Below the pieces are notes generated by a model. The model worked only from the letters and a program-made list of their open reading frames with translations, ran no database searches and was not told the DNA's origin. Below are positions 30,656-41,193 of a stretch of DNA of 64,000 nt, piece by piece. Every line of letters begins with the position of its first letter. Positions within the stretch are counted from its first letter, which is position 1. A program made the translations under genes and the position numbers. The stretch covers positions 928,001-992,000 of the forward strand of contig CAWCPV010000003.1 in NCBI GenBank assembly GCA_963797555.1, read 5' to 3'. Source of the stretch: an uncultured Gammaproteobacteria bacterium (GTDB taxonomy: Bacteria > Pseudomonadota > Gammaproteobacteria > CAWCPV01).

Positions 30656-31423
30656 TTACGCCGCCGAGGACCCGCGCGGCACCTCGCCGACGGCCCCCGC
30701 CTCTTCGACCTCCACGAACTCATCGGGCGCCGCCGCGAGCGCCGAAGCGCGCCCTTCCAGAACAGCGTCTGCGGCCGCACGGACAAAAAGCTGGACGGCG
30801 CTGATAGCATCGTCGTTACCGGGGATGATGTAGTCCACCCCGTCCGGGCTGTTATTGGTATCGACCACGCCGACCACAGGGATTCCCAAGCGGTTGGCCT
30901 CACGCACGCCGATCTTCTCGTAGCCCACGTCCACAACGAACAGCGCGTCGGGCAGCCGGTCCATCTGCTTGATACCGCCCAGCCCCCGCTCCAGCTTGTC
31001 CAACTCGCGTCGGCGCATCAGCGCCTCCTTTTTGGTCAGGCGCTCCAGAGAGCCGTCCTCGTTCATGCGCTCCAGCTCCATGAGCCGCCTGATCGACTGC
31101 CGGATAGTGCGGAAGTTGGTGAGCGTGCCACCCGTCCAGCGACGGCTCACGTAAGGGCAGCCGGCACGGGTCGCTTCGCTTTGGATAGTGTCCTGTGCGG
31201 CCCGCTTGGTCCCCACGAACAACACCACTCCCTTCTTGGCGGCAAGGCTGCCCAGGAAGTTCATGGCGTCGCTGAATAGGGGAAGGGTTTTCTCCAGGTT
31301 GATGATGTGGATTCGGCTACGCTCGCCAAAGATGTAAGGCGCCATCTTGGGGCTCCAGTAGCGGGTCTGGTGTCCAAAGTGCAGACCCGCTTCCAACATC
31401 TGGCGCATGGAAACATTGGGCAT
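30656..31423 (-). CDS. rpsB: 30S ribosomal protein S2
   Basis: [29 protein letters not shown]. Confidence 0.98.
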   Translation of the reverse strand: MPNVSMRQMLEAGLHFGHQTRYWSPKMAPYIFGERSRIHIINLEKTLPLFSDAMNFLGSLAAKKGVVLFVGTKRAAQDTIQSEATRAGCPYVSRRWTGGTLTNFRTIRQSIRRLMELERMNEDGSLERLTKKEALMRRRELDKLERGLGGIKQMDRLPDALFVVDVGYEKIGVREANRLGIPVVGVVDTNNSPDGVDYIIPGNDDAISAVQLFVRAAADAVLEGRASALAAAPDEFVEVEEAGAVGEVPRGSSAA

Positions 31424-31444
31424 GTTCACGGCTCCGGGTGACCA

Positions 31445-31525
31445 GCGGTTGATCCTCTACGCGCCCCATGCATCAACTCGACAACTGCCTCGGGAACCCC
31501 AACCTATGGGACGGCGCGTGTGTGC
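31445..31525 (-). ncRNA. rpsB leader (t44-like S2 autoregulatory RNA)
   Basis: - strand CACACACGCGCC...GGGGTTCCC...GGGGCGCGTAGAGG..AACC immediately upstream of rpsB, matching the t44 layout. Confidence 0.75.
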
Positions 31526-31680
31526 GATCGGCCCGACCCACGCGGGCCTGGCGTGACTTTCCCTCTGGGGGGCGTTAGACTGCGCAAAGCAACGCGTGAT
31601 TATACGACACACCCCCGCACCCGGCCAACACCCAGCGCCGTTAGCTTTCAGCGGTAATGCGTAACCTATCCCGAGCTTCC

Positions 31681-32448
31681 ATGAACGTCTCCATCAAGAC
31701 CCCCGAGGAGATCCGGAACATGCGGGTCGCGGGTCGTCTCGCCGCCGACGTCCTGCACATGATAGGACCTTACGTACGCCCCGGGGTGACGACCGAGGAC
31801 CTGGACCGCCTCTGCCACGACTACATCGTCGATGTGCAGCGGGCCATTCCGGCGCCCCTCAACTACAAGGGCTTCCCCAAGTCCATCTGCACGTCGGTGA
31901 ACCACGTCGTGTGCCATGGGATTCCGGGCACCAAACGGCTCAAAGCGGGCGACATTCTCAACATCGACGTGACGGTGATCAAGGACGGTTACCACGGCGA
32001 CACCAGCAAGATGTTCTTCGTGGGAGACCCACCCCTCAGAGCGCGCCGCATCGCTCACGTGAGCTACGAGTGCATGCGCATCGGCATCGAAGCGGTCCGT
32101 CCCGGCGTTCGTCTGGGTGACATCGGCTACGCGATCCAACGGCATGCGGAAGCAAATGGCTGTTCCATCGTCCGGGAATATTGCGGGCACGGGATCGGTC
32201 GCGAGTTCCACGAGGACCCCCAGGTACTGCACTATGGATCACCCGGCACGGGCCTGGTGCTCGAGCCCGCGATGACATTCACCATCGAACCCATGGTCAA
32301 CGCCGGCAAGCGCCACGTCAAATTACTGCCTGACGGCTGGACGGTGGTCACCAAGGACCACAGCCTGTCGGCCCAGTGGGAGCATACGGTGTTGGTCACG
32401 GAGACCGGCCACGAAGTCCTCACGAAACGTCCAGAAGACGACATCTGA
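31681..32448 (+). CDS. map: Methionine aminopeptidase type I
   Basis: CTSVNHVVCHGIP, DGYHGDTS, GHGIG..FHE, FTIEPM, SAQWEHT. Confidence 0.97.
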   Translation: MNVSIKTPEEIRNMRVAGRLAADVLHMIGPYVRPGVTTEDLDRLCHDYIVDVQRAIPAPLNYKGFPKSICTSVNHVVCHGIPGTKRLKAGDILNIDVTVIKDGYHGDTSKMFFVGDPPLRARRIAHVSYECMRIGIEAVRPGVRLGDIGYAIQRHAEANGCSIVREYCGHGIGREFHEDPQVLHYGSPGTGLVLEPAMTFTIEPMVNAGKRHVKLLPDGWTVVTKDHSLSAQWEHTVLVTETGHEVLTKRPEDDI

Positions 32449-32482
32449 GCTTTCTGGTCCTCGCCCAAAACGCCGCAGCGCA

Positions 32483-35152
32483 GTGTCGCAGTGCTCCCCC
32501 CTGGACCCAGTGTCCCGATCGCCGCCAGACACGCGACTAGAGGCCGCTAAGGCAGGCATGGACGACACCGCGCGCCTGTGCCGCGTTCTGCAGCAGGCGC
32601 AGGCCAGCCTGCGGGCAGACTTCCTGCGTGGGACCCCGGTCGCCGATCTGGTCGCGCGGCGTGTGCAGGTCGTCGACGGGCTCCTCTTGGAAGCATGGGA
32701 GCGTCGGATTGCTTCGCAGGGGCCGGCCATCGCCTTGGTCGCCGTGGGCGGATACGGTCGCGGAGAGCTGCATCCGCACTCGGACGTCGACCTGCTAATC
32801 CTGCTTGAGCATGCGGCCGGCGAGCCTCTGCGCGCTGCCATCGAGGGCTTCCTCACCGTCCTGTGGGACATCGGACTGCAGGTCGGTCACAGCGTGCGCA
32901 CCCTGCACGAGTGCGTCCAGGCCGCGGAGCTGGACATCACCGTGGCCACGAACCTTCAGGAGTCCCGGCTGCTGAGCGGCCCGCGAGGGCTCTACCGACG
33001 CCTGCGGGCGCGTGTCGGCCCCGACTGCATCTGGCCGAGCCGGCGTTTCTTCGAGGCCAAACTGAGGGAACAGCACGCGCGCCACCGGAAGTTCCACGAT
33101 ACCGCCTACAACTTGGAGCCGAACGTCAAGGAAGGTCCGGGAGGACTGCGGGACATACAGATGATCGGGTGGGTGGCCAAGCGCCACTTCGGCGCCGAGA
33201 CGCTTCACGACTTGGTGGCCCGCGGCTTCCTGACGGAGGCGGAGCGCGACATACTGGCCGAGGGGCAGGGCTTTCTGTGGAAAATTCGCTACGGTCTGCA
33301 CGTCTTCAGTGCCCGCCGAGAGGAGCGGCTGCTGTTCGATTATCAGCGCGAGCTGGCGACACTGTTCGGGTACCGCAGCCAGGGTCACCGTCTGGGCGTC
33401 GAGATCTTCATGAAGGACTACTACCGGACGGTCATGGAGCTCAGCCGCCTGAATGAGATGCTGTTGCAGCTGTTCCGCGAAGCTATCCTGTACAGCCACG
33501 ATCCCGGGGAACCTGTCCCCATCAATCGGCGTTTCCAGATCCGGCGGGGTTTTCTGGAAGTCGCCCGCGATGACGTCTTCCGCCACTATCCCTTCGCCCT
33601 TCTCGAGGTGTTCCTGACCCTGGAGCAGCGCCCGGATATCAAAGGCGTTCGCGCGTCCACCATCCGACTTATCCGCGAGCACCGCTACCTCATCGATGAC
33701 CAGTTCCGCGCGGATCTGCGCGCACGCAGCCTATTTGTGGAGATCCTGCGTCAACCCCATGGAGTGAGTCATGAGCTGAGCCGCATGCACCGTTATGGCG
33801 TGCTGGGGGCCTACCTGCCAGTCTTCGGCGAGGTCATCGGCCTCATGCAGCACGACGTCTTCCACGTCTATGCCGTGGACGAGCACTCCCTGTTCGTGGT
33901 GCGCAACCTGCGCCGGCTCGCGCAGCCGCGGTTCTCCGGGGAGCTGCCCATGGCCAGCAGCATCATGAAGCAGCTGCCGAAGCCCGAACTGCTCTATCTC
34001 GCGGGACTGTTCCATGACATCGGCAAGGGGCGCGGGGGCGATCACTCGGAACTCGGCGCGCGCGACGCCTTGGAGTTCTGTCTCGGCCACGGCCTTCCGA
34101 GCTACGATGCACGGCTTGTGGAGTGGTTGGTCCGGTACCATCTCATCATGTCCATGACGGCCCAACGCAAGGACATCGCCGACCCCGATGTCATCATGGC
34201 GTTCGCTGCCACGGTGGGCGACATGGTGCGGCTCGACTACCTCTACTTGCTGACGGTCGCGGACATCCGTGCCACCAATCCCACGCTGTGGAACACGTGG
34301 AAGGACGCCCTGCTGAGCGAGCTGTACCTGTCGACCCGTCGCGCCCTGCGGCGGGGGTTGGAGGCACCGCTGGCGGATGCCGAGCGCGTGCGCGAAACGC
34401 AGCAGAATGCCCATGACCTACTGGTTCGTGAAGGACTGGCGCCGGGCGATATCCGCCCGCTGTGGAGTACCCTGGACGACGACTATTTCCTCCGCCATTC
34501 GGCCGAGGAGATCGCGTGGCACACACGAGGGATCCTGGACAACGAAGCTGGCAACCTCCCGCTGGTGATGGTGCGCGGACAGACCGAACGCGGTGGCACG
34601 GCCATTTGCGTGTACGCCTTGGATCACCCGCATCTGTTCGCGATTATCACGGGCGCGCTCGACCAGTTGGGTTTGAACATCGTGGATGCGCGCATCATCA
34701 CCACGCGCAACGGCCATGCCCTGGAAACTTACATGGTCCTCGAAGGGACCGGCCAGCCCGTGGAGCACGCATACCGTCTGGATGAGGTGTCGAGTACCCT
34801 GAAGGGGCAGCTCGGGCGTCCCTACAGCCCGCCCTCCACCCCAAGACGACGCATTCCTCGCACGGTCAAACACTTCCACACCGAGACGCAGGTCAACTTT
34901 AGTGAAGACCGGCGCAACCAGCGAACGGTCATGGAGGTTGTCGCGGCCGACCGTCCCGGCCTCCTGTCGCGCATCGCCCGCGCGCTGACGGAGTGCGGCG
35001 TGCGACTGCAGAATGCCAAGGTGGCGACGCTGGGGGCACGCGCGGAGGACCTGTTCTTCATCTGCGACGACCAGAGCCGGCCGTTAGTGCGCGGGGAGCA
35101 GCTGACCTGTCTGCGGGAGCGGGTGCGGCAGTACATCGATGTGGACCGCTGA
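32483..35152 (+). CDS. glnD: [Protein-PII] uridylyltransferase
   Basis: AVGGYGRGELHPHSDVDL, EPNVKEGPGGLRD, HD domain (FHDIGKG), two ACT domains. Confidence 0.96.
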   Translation: MSQCSPLDPVSRSPPDTRLEAAKAGMDDTARLCRVLQQAQASLRADFLRGTPVADLVARRVQVVDGLLLEAWERRIASQGPAIALVAVGGYGRGELHPHSDVDLLILLEHAAGEPLRAAIEGFLTVLWDIGLQVGHSVRTLHECVQAAELDITVATNLQESRLLSGPRGLYRRLRARVGPDCIWPSRRFFEAKLREQHARHRKFHDTAYNLEPNVKEGPGGLRDIQMIGWVAKRHFGAETLHDLVARGFLTEAERDILAEGQGFLWKIRYGLHVFSARREERLLFDYQRELATLFGYRSQGHRLGVEIFMKDYYRTVMELSRLNEMLLQLFREAILYSHDPGEPVPINRRFQIRRGFLEVARDDVFRHYPFALLEVFLTLEQRPDIKGVRASTIRLIREHRYLIDDQFRADLRARSLFVEILRQPHGVSHELSRMHRYGVLGAYLPVFGEVIGLMQHDVFHVYAVDEHSLFVVRNLRRLAQPRFSGELPMASSIMKQLPKPELLYLAGLFHDIGKGRGGDHSELGARDALEFCLGHGLPSYDARLVEWLVRYHLIMSMTAQRKDIADPDVIMAFAATVGDMVRLDYLYLLTVADIRATNPTLWNTWKDALLSELYLSTRRALRRGLEAPLADAERVRETQQNAHDLLVREGLAPGDIRPLWSTLDDDYFLRHSAEEIAWHTRGILDNEAGNLPLVMVRGQTERGGTAICVYALDHPHLFAIITGALDQLGLNIVDARIITTRNGHALETYMVLEGTGQPVEHAYRLDEVSSTLKGQLGRPYSPPSTPRRRIPRTVKHFHTETQVNFSEDRRNQRTVMEVVAADRPGLLSRIARALTECGVRLQNAKVATLGARAEDLFFICDDQSRPLVRGEQLTCLRERVRQYIDVDR

Positions 35153-35552
35153 CGGGAAAGCCGTAGCCGGGTTCGATGGGCGTTCTTGCCAAACGGCTAT
35201 CCGGCCAAGGGCAATACTGATCCCGGCTCAAGAACTACCGACGGGCTGGCGGGTCTTCGCTGCAACGCGGAACTCATCGCCCGCAGCTCTGGCCCGCGAG
35301 CGTGGAGCACCGGTGGCAGCCACTGCAAACGCTGCGGAAGATGCGGCGTAACGCACCCGGGGCACCCGGTCTGCGCACACCTGCGGTGTCAGCAGGCCTT
35401 CCCGACGCCGGCCGCCCGCGTCTTGGGCCACCGCACGTCGTCGCGAGCGCGACCTGCGTTACGCAACCCGTTCTCTGCGAGGGGAAGGTGCCGTTCGGGA
35501 TCCGTTACCACCGCGGCGGCGCACTATTGCACGCAGGCCGCATGTTACCGCG

Positions 35553-37316
35553 TCAGCGCACATTGACCTGCAGCATCTCGCGGCCCTCCGGGTCGACGAG
35601 ATGCACGGCGCACGCTATGCAGGGATCGAAGCTATGGATGGTGCGCAGGATCTCGATCGGCTGTTGCGGGTCCTGTAGCTTGTGTCCCTTGAGCGCGGCT
35701 TCGTACGGGCCATCCTGGCCCATGGCATCGCGGGGACCCGCATTCCACGTGCTGGGGACTACGGCCTGATAGTTGGCGATCTTGCCGTCGCCGATGACGA
35801 TCCAGTGCGCCAGGGCGCCACGGGGGGCCTCCATGTACCCCACCCCCTTCGACTCGCGCGGCCACGTGGACGGGTCCCAATAAGCGTCGTTGAACGTACG
35901 CACATCGCCCGCCTTGATGTTGGCGATAAGATTGTCATACCAGGTGCTCATCGCATCGGCGATGATCTTGGTCTCCAGGGTGCGCGCCGCAGTCCGCCCC
36001 AAGGTGGAGAACAGGGCGTCCAGCGGAAGGTCCAGCTTCTGCAGTGCCTGTGTGGCCAGCTCGCGCGTGGGCTCGTGCCCGGTAGCATAGAGCATCAAGA
36101 CGCGCGCCAGGGGGCCCACCTCCATCGGCTTGCCTTTCCAGCGGGGCGACTTCAACCAAGAGTAGTCTTTCTCCACATCCAGATACTCGTACGGCGGCTT
36201 GGGGCCCGTGTAGTCGAGGTTGGTCTCCCCGTCATAGGGGTGCAGGCCCTTATCCTTGCCCCCCGTGTACGAATACCAGGAATGGGTCACGTACTCCTGG
36301 ACCTGATCCGGTGCGGTGAGGTCGATAGAGTGCACTTGGCTGAGATCCCGGTTCAGGATGACCCCTCGCGGTATGAGGAAGCTGGCCGGGTCGTTCATGC
36401 CCTGTTCCGGAAAGTCCCCGTACGTCAGGAAATTACCGACCCCCTCGCCCTGCCTGAACCAGTCCTTGTAAAAGCCCGCGATGGCCAGCGTGTCCGGAAG
36501 ATAGACTTGGTCAACGAAGGTGCGCATCTTGTCCATGATGTCCTTCACCTTGGCCAGGCCCACAACATCGACCGCGGTGCCTCCAGTCGCGCCACTGGGG
36601 CCTCCCGCCGCCCCGCCGGCGTCCACGCTGATGGCACAGGGCGCACCACCCACCAGGAAGTTCGGGTGCGGGTTCTTGCCCCCAAAGATGGTGAGGAGCT
36701 TCGCCACCTCCCGCTGCCACGCCAGCGCATCCAGGTAGTGGGCCACCGCCATCAGGTTGGCCTCGGGCGGAAGCTTGTAGGCAGGATTGCCCCAATAGCC
36801 GTTGGCAAAGATGCCCAGTTGGCCCGAGCCTACAAAGTTCTTCAGGCGGGTCTGGACATCTGCAAAGTAGCCGGGAGAGGACCTCGGGTAATTGGGGCTC
36901 ACCTGCTGCGCCAGCTCAGAGGTGGCCTTGGGATCCGCCTTCAGCGCCGAGACCACATCCACCCAGTCCAGAGCATGCAGGTGGTAGAAGTGCATGACAT
37001 GGTCGTGCACGTACTGGGCCGCAATCATCAGGTTGCGGATGAGCTGCGCATTCGGCGGGATGGAGTAGTTCAGCGCATTCTCGACGGCACGCACCGAGGC
37101 GATGGCGTGCACCAGGGTGCAGACGCCACAGATGCGCTGCGCGAACGCCCACGCATCGCGGGGATCCCGCCCGCGCAGGATGATCTCTATGCCGCGCACC
37201 ATCGTTCCGGCGCTGGAGGCGCGGCTGATCACCCCGTTCGCGTCGGTCTCCGCCTCGATGCGCAGATGCCCTTCGATGCGGGTGATGGGGTCTACGACGA
37301 CTCTTTGGGTGCTCAT
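35553..37316 (-). CDS. hynL: [NiFe]-hydrogenase large subunit (Hyn/group 1e-like)
   Basis: DPITRIEGH, L1 QRICGVC, L2 SFDPCIACAVH plus cleavable C-terminal tail; isp genes upstream. Confidence 0.9.
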   Translation of the reverse strand: MSTQRVVVDPITRIEGHLRIEAETDANGVISRASSAGTMVRGIEIILRGRDPRDAWAFAQRICGVCTLVHAIASVRAVENALNYSIPPNAQLIRNLMIAAQYVHDHVMHFYHLHALDWVDVVSALKADPKATSELAQQVSPNYPRSSPGYFADVQTRLKNFVGSGQLGIFANGYWGNPAYKLPPEANLMAVAHYLDALAWQREVAKLLTIFGGKNPHPNFLVGGAPCAISVDAGGAAGGPSGATGGTAVDVVGLAKVKDIMDKMRTFVDQVYLPDTLAIAGFYKDWFRQGEGVGNFLTYGDFPEQGMNDPASFLIPRGVILNRDLSQVHSIDLTAPDQVQEYVTHSWYSYTGGKDKGLHPYDGETNLDYTGPKPPYEYLDVEKDYSWLKSPRWKGKPMEVGPLARVLMLYATGHEPTRELATQALQKLDLPLDALFSTLGRTAARTLETKIIADAMSTWYDNLIANIKAGDVRTFNDAYWDPSTWPRESKGVGYMEAPRGALAHWIVIGDGKIANYQAVVPSTWNAGPRDAMGQDGPYEAALKGHKLQDPQQPIEILRTIHSFDPCIACAVHLVDPEGREMLQVNVR

Positions 37317-37509
37317 GATGCCTCGACCCTATTGTCCGTGACCAGCTCCAACAGACTGCGGGGCGGTCTTGTCCCAACGATAGTGGGCTTGCCCGTCGTC
37401 AAACGTCAGGCGGCAGTCGGCACAGGAAGTCACCAACATCTCGGTCCCGGTCTTCTCCGCCTGCTCCGTCTCGATCTCAAGAGCGCGCCGCCAAACCTTG
37501 CCTGCTCAC
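37313..37509 (-). pseudogene. isp2: isp2 remnant (CCG-type Fe-S subunit), internally deleted
   Basis: GTG overlapping the isp1 stop (GTGA); C-terminal piece MLVTSCADCRLTFDDGQAHYRWDK..SLLELV ending in TGA overlapping the hynL ATG; only 197 bp, ends out of frame. Confidence 0.8.
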
Positions 37510-39218
37510 GCTCTCACCCCCTTGCGCTCGAAAGAGGCTCCTATGGCCGCGCGGGAGGGCACGAACAGCACGGCGTGCATCAGCTTCCCGAACGGGAACC
37601 AGACGAACAACAGGTCCACGCTCAGCAAGTGGATGCCGAGCATGTGCTCGTAGCGCGGCCCGAGATGGGCGTATGCCATCAGGCCGGTCACCACCGGCGT
37701 GACGGTGACGAACCAACTGAAGTAGTCATCCCAGTCCGAGATGAGCCGCAGCACCGGCGTGGACAGGCGCCGCAGCAGCATGGCCACCAGGGCGCCCACC
37801 GTGATGGCCGCGGCTAGCACCACCACATTGTTGGGCAGGCCCGGCCAGGACAGCCCGGTCAGTCCCTTGATGAACAGGATGTGTGGCACGAAGGTGAATA
37901 CCACGATGGCGAGCCCGATGTGGAACGCATAGGCCATCACCAGTTGATAGCGGGTCGCCGCGAAGAACTCCGGTCTCGGCCACATGCGCGTGAGCACGGC
38001 GCGCGAGCCTCCCCACCAGGTGTCGGTGTGCCGCGGCTTGCTGTGGTCCGTGCGGTACGCCAGCAGCAGGACCCCGAACAGCCTCCAGGCCGTGCCCAAC
38101 AGCAGGATGATGAGCGACCCCTGCAGTGCCGGGCCACGGGCGAAATCCAGCAGGCTCATGGCGACTCCTTCCTGGCCGACGTTCTGGTGTTTACGCGCGA
38201 GCACAGCGGCGCCGGCGCCAAGGGCAGCGCCCGCAACCACGGCCGCACCGAGGATCGAGGCAGGCCCGGGCTTTCCGTAGGACAGGGCCGCGTAGAAGCT
38301 GCCGCGGTCCCAGAAATCGGGCTCCGAACAGCCCAGGCATGGGTGGCCGGACTCGATAGGGAAGCTGGTGCCCTGGTTCCACTTGACGGTCGCGCAGGCG
38401 TTGTACGTGACCGGGCCCTTGCAGCCGAGCTCATACAGGCACCAGCCGTTACGGGCACCTTCGTCGTCGAAGCTCTTGGCGAACTTGCCCTGGTCGTAGA
38501 AGGGCCGCCGGTAGCACCGGTCGTGAATGGTGTCGCCGAAGAACACCTTGGGACGATTGAGCGGATCGAGTTCCGGCAGGCGCCCGTAAGTCACATAGTA
38601 GGCGACCGTCCCAGTGATGACCACCGGGATGGGCGGACAGCCCGAGACATTGACGATGGGCCTCTCCGTGATAATCTCCGACACCGGGACGGCGCCGGTC
38701 GGGTTGGGGTAGGCATAAGGAATGCCGCCGAACGAGGAGCAGGTCCCGACGCAGATGATGGCGGCTGCCCCCTTGGCTGCCTTGCGCAGGGTCTCCACGT
38801 TGCTCTCGCCCGCGTTGGTCGAATAGGCGCCGTCAGCGCCGAGGGCCACCGAGCCATCGACCATCAGGATGTACTTGCCGTAATTCTCTTCCATGGCCTT
38901 GTCGCGGGCCGCTTCCGCCGCGCTGCCGGCGGCGGCCTGCAAAGTATCGTTGTAATCCAGGGAGATCGCGTTGAAGATCAGATCCTCGATGGTCGGCGAG
39001 AACGACCGCGTGAGCGACTCGAGGCACCCGGTGCACTCCTGGAAGGAAAGGTAGATCACGGACGGCCTTCGTGCCCGCTCCAGCGACGCGGCCATGGCAG
39101 CCGCTGCCGAGGGTGGCAGCGCCATGATGGAGGCCAAGGCAGTGCAGTACTTCAAGAAACTTCGCCGGCTCAGCCCGTGTCTGCGAAGGGCAGCACCGAG
39201 CGTTTCCTGGGTGGACAT
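37506..39218 (-). CDS. hynS: Hydrogenase small subunit fused in frame to Isp1 (NarI/DsrM-like heme b membrane subunit)
   Basis: Tat motif SRRSFLK, ECTGC, GCPP, HDRCYRR, GCKGP, HPCLGC; then from ATG 38159 (own AAGGAG SD) a multi-TM domain with His ligands ending FPFGKLMH. Confidence 0.88.
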   Translation of the reverse strand: MSTQETLGAALRRHGLSRRSFLKYCTALASIMALPPSAAAAMAASLERARRPSVIYLSFQECTGCLESLTRSFSPTIEDLIFNAISLDYNDTLQAAAGSAAEAARDKAMEENYGKYILMVDGSVALGADGAYSTNAGESNVETLRKAAKGAAAIICVGTCSSFGGIPYAYPNPTGAVPVSEIITERPIVNVSGCPPIPVVITGTVAYYVTYGRLPELDPLNRPKVFFGDTIHDRCYRRPFYDQGKFAKSFDDEGARNGWCLYELGCKGPVTYNACATVKWNQGTSFPIESGHPCLGCSEPDFWDRGSFYAALSYGKPGPASILGAAVVAGAALGAGAAVLARKHQNVGQEGVAMSLLDFARGPALQGSLIILLLGTAWRLFGVLLLAYRTDHSKPRHTDTWWGGSRAVLTRMWPRPEFFAATRYQLVMAYAFHIGLAIVVFTFVPHILFIKGLTGLSWPGLPNNVVVLAAAITVGALVAMLLRRLSTPVLRLISDWDDYFSWFVTVTPVVTGLMAYAHLGPRYEHMLGIHLLSVDLLFVWFPFGKLMHAVLFVPSRAAIGASFERKGVRA

Positions 39219-39258
39219 GGGCGAGGCTCCTGTCAGGGGGCTTTAAGCGTCGCGCCGA

Positions 39259-39681
39259 TCAGGCTCCTTTGTTATCACAAGGCTCGTCCTCCTGCAAGCT
39301 TTTTCTAAGGCGCACCAGCCCATCCCCCACATCCAGGGGATGACTCTTCAATATCTCCGGCACCCAGGTGACCTCGATGCACTCCGCCGTCACCTCTCCG
39401 GCGGGATCGCAGTGAGTAACCCACCACACGCCGGGGTAGGCCGTTTCGACGACGTGACTGGGACCGAGCACCTGCAGCGTCGCGCGCACCTCGCCCTGCC
39501 CGAGCAATGCCTTCAGATGCTCGTAATCCGAGGCAGCCAGCGGCAGGCTGCGCAGGTCTATGGCGTTCTCCTCTCCCCGCGCCACCAACGCGTCCAGCAT
39601 GGAGATAAGCTCGTGCAGCAGTGCCCGAGCGTAGCCCGGCCCCGCGACCACCTTCACTGCGATGTCCTTCAGACCGCTCAT
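39259..39681 (-). CDS. Hydrogenase expression/formation protein (HupH/HyaF-like)
   Basis: IDLRSLPL, LGQGEV, ETAYPGVWWV, IEVT.VPEIL. Confidence 0.85.
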   Translation of the reverse strand: MSGLKDIAVKVVAGPGYARALLHELISMLDALVARGEENAIDLRSLPLAASDYEHLKALLGQGEVRATLQVLGPSHVVETAYPGVWWVTHCDPAGEVTAECIEVTWVPEILKSHPLDVGDGLVRLRKSLQEDEPCDNKGA

Positions 39682-40187
39682 GGCTTCCAGGCGTCGAGAA
39701 GCGCCCGCACCCTCAGGGCCACTTTCGGCAGGGCACGCTCCACGGCAGGCGTCAGCAGGTCGCTCCATCCGATGTAGGCTGGCTGCACCGCCACCAGGGC
39801 CCGACGCTCCGGCAGGTCACCTACCAGATGGCCGGCGACCAGCAGATCATAGAGGCTCACCTCGTGCACGCTGCAGCCCGTGCGCGTGGCTAGAAAGCGA
39901 TCCATCTCCTGCCCTACGAACTCGCGCACGCTGCCGGGAGTTGCATGCATCTGGGCGGCGTCGATGACTATGAGTCGGCCAGCGCCCGCCAGGACACCCG
40001 CCAGAGCGAAGCTCAGCGTCCCGCCATCCAGCAGGTCGACCTGAGTGGGGAGATCCTCGCCCCGTAGATACCGGACCGCGTGCACGCCGATCCCCTCGTC
40101 TCCCAGTAGGGTATTACCGAGCCCGAGCACCAGGGCTCGGTTCCCCTCGCCCGCGGTCAAACGGCCGCCCTCCAGCGTTCCTGGCAC
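39678..40187 (-). CDS. Hydrogenase maturation endopeptidase (HyaD/HynD family)
   Basis: LGLGNTLLGDEGIG, DGGT, VIDA, SVHEV. Confidence 0.92.
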   Translation of the reverse strand: MPGTLEGGRLTAGEGNRALVLGLGNTLLGDEGIGVHAVRYLRGEDLPTQVDLLDGGTLSFALAGVLAGAGRLIVIDAAQMHATPGSVREFVGQEMDRFLATRTGCSVHEVSLYDLLVAGHLVGDLPERRALVAVQPAYIGWSDLLTPAVERALPKVALRVRALLDAWKP

Positions 40188-40258
40188 GGGTCACCAAAAT
40201 CCTTTATGATGCTCGCGAACTGCCGCGGGCGAGTAGGCCGGATCGCGAGGAGAGCACA

Positions 40259-40948
40259 ATGGTCGATCCCATCAAGATCGTGCAGGCGCTTGTCGGGGCC
40301 GAGCTAACGGCTGAGCGAGGCGGCCGTTACGTCCCCAAGGGCAACGTGATCACCGTGTCACGTGTGTACGGCTGTGGTGGGGATGAGATCGCGCAGCGAC
40401 TCGCCGACCGACTCGGTCTCGAATACTACGACAAACAAATCCTCGAAGCCATCGTCGCGGCGGCCCCTGAGAACAAGGCGCTGATGGAGCGTTTGGATCA
40501 GCAGATGACCACGGTGCGCGAAGAGGTCATGCACATGGTGGTCACCGGTAAGAGTCCGACCGAGGAGTACAGACGCCATCTGCTCAATGTGATTCTGGGG
40601 ATCGCCCGTAACAGCGGGCTGATAGTCGGTCGCGGCGGGCACTTGGTACTCGCGAACTACCACGCCTTCCGCGTGCGCATCGTGGCCTCCGAGGAGGTCT
40701 GCGCGGCGCGGCTTGCCGAACGCCAACACCTGCCCCAGCCGGAAGCGCTGAGGTGGGTGCGCCAAGCGAACCAGGAGCAAAGCGACTTCATCAGAAAGGT
40801 GTTCAGCCGAGACATCGATGATCCGACCACCTTCGATCTCATCGTCAACACCGACCACGCCGGCATCGAGCAGACCACCAACATCATCCTGCTCGCCATG
40901 CAACAGACCGGCTACAACGTGCCCGCCAAGGCGCTGAGGCCGGCGTGA
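40259..40948 (+). CDS. Cytidylate kinase-like family protein
   Basis: VITVSRVYGCGG, IVGRGG, FDLIVNT. Confidence 0.85.
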   Translation: MVDPIKIVQALVGAELTAERGGRYVPKGNVITVSRVYGCGGDEIAQRLADRLGLEYYDKQILEAIVAAAPENKALMERLDQQMTTVREEVMHMVVTGKSPTEEYRRHLLNVILGIARNSGLIVGRGGHLVLANYHAFRVRIVASEEVCAARLAERQHLPQPEALRWVRQANQEQSDFIRKVFSRDIDDPTTFDLIVNTDHAGIEQTTNIILLAMQQTGYNVPAKALRPA

Positions 40949-41193
40949 CCACCGAGATCTCGTGAGGAGATCGTCGCGAGCGGCCCGAGAGGCAGGCACC
41001 GCGGCGAGACCTATCCGGTGCGTCAGGCCAGGAGCGGCCCAATGGCAGGATGGCCATTCGGCCCGTCCGCAGTACGCCCCGAAGGGGCGTACAGGCGGGG
41101 CGCGGCAGACTCATGCACACGCTGCGAGCGCTCCCGAGGCGGGCAAGCGTTCCCCCCTCCCCCCGAAAACCGGCGCGCGGCTGCAACAGCGGG

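Noticed and set aside
35682-37817. 711-aa + strand ORF and other long antisense ORFs (e.g. 25580-26884, 37881-39308, 42718-43974)
   Set aside because: Shadows of well-supported opposite-strand genes in GC-rich DNA; no recognisable motifs
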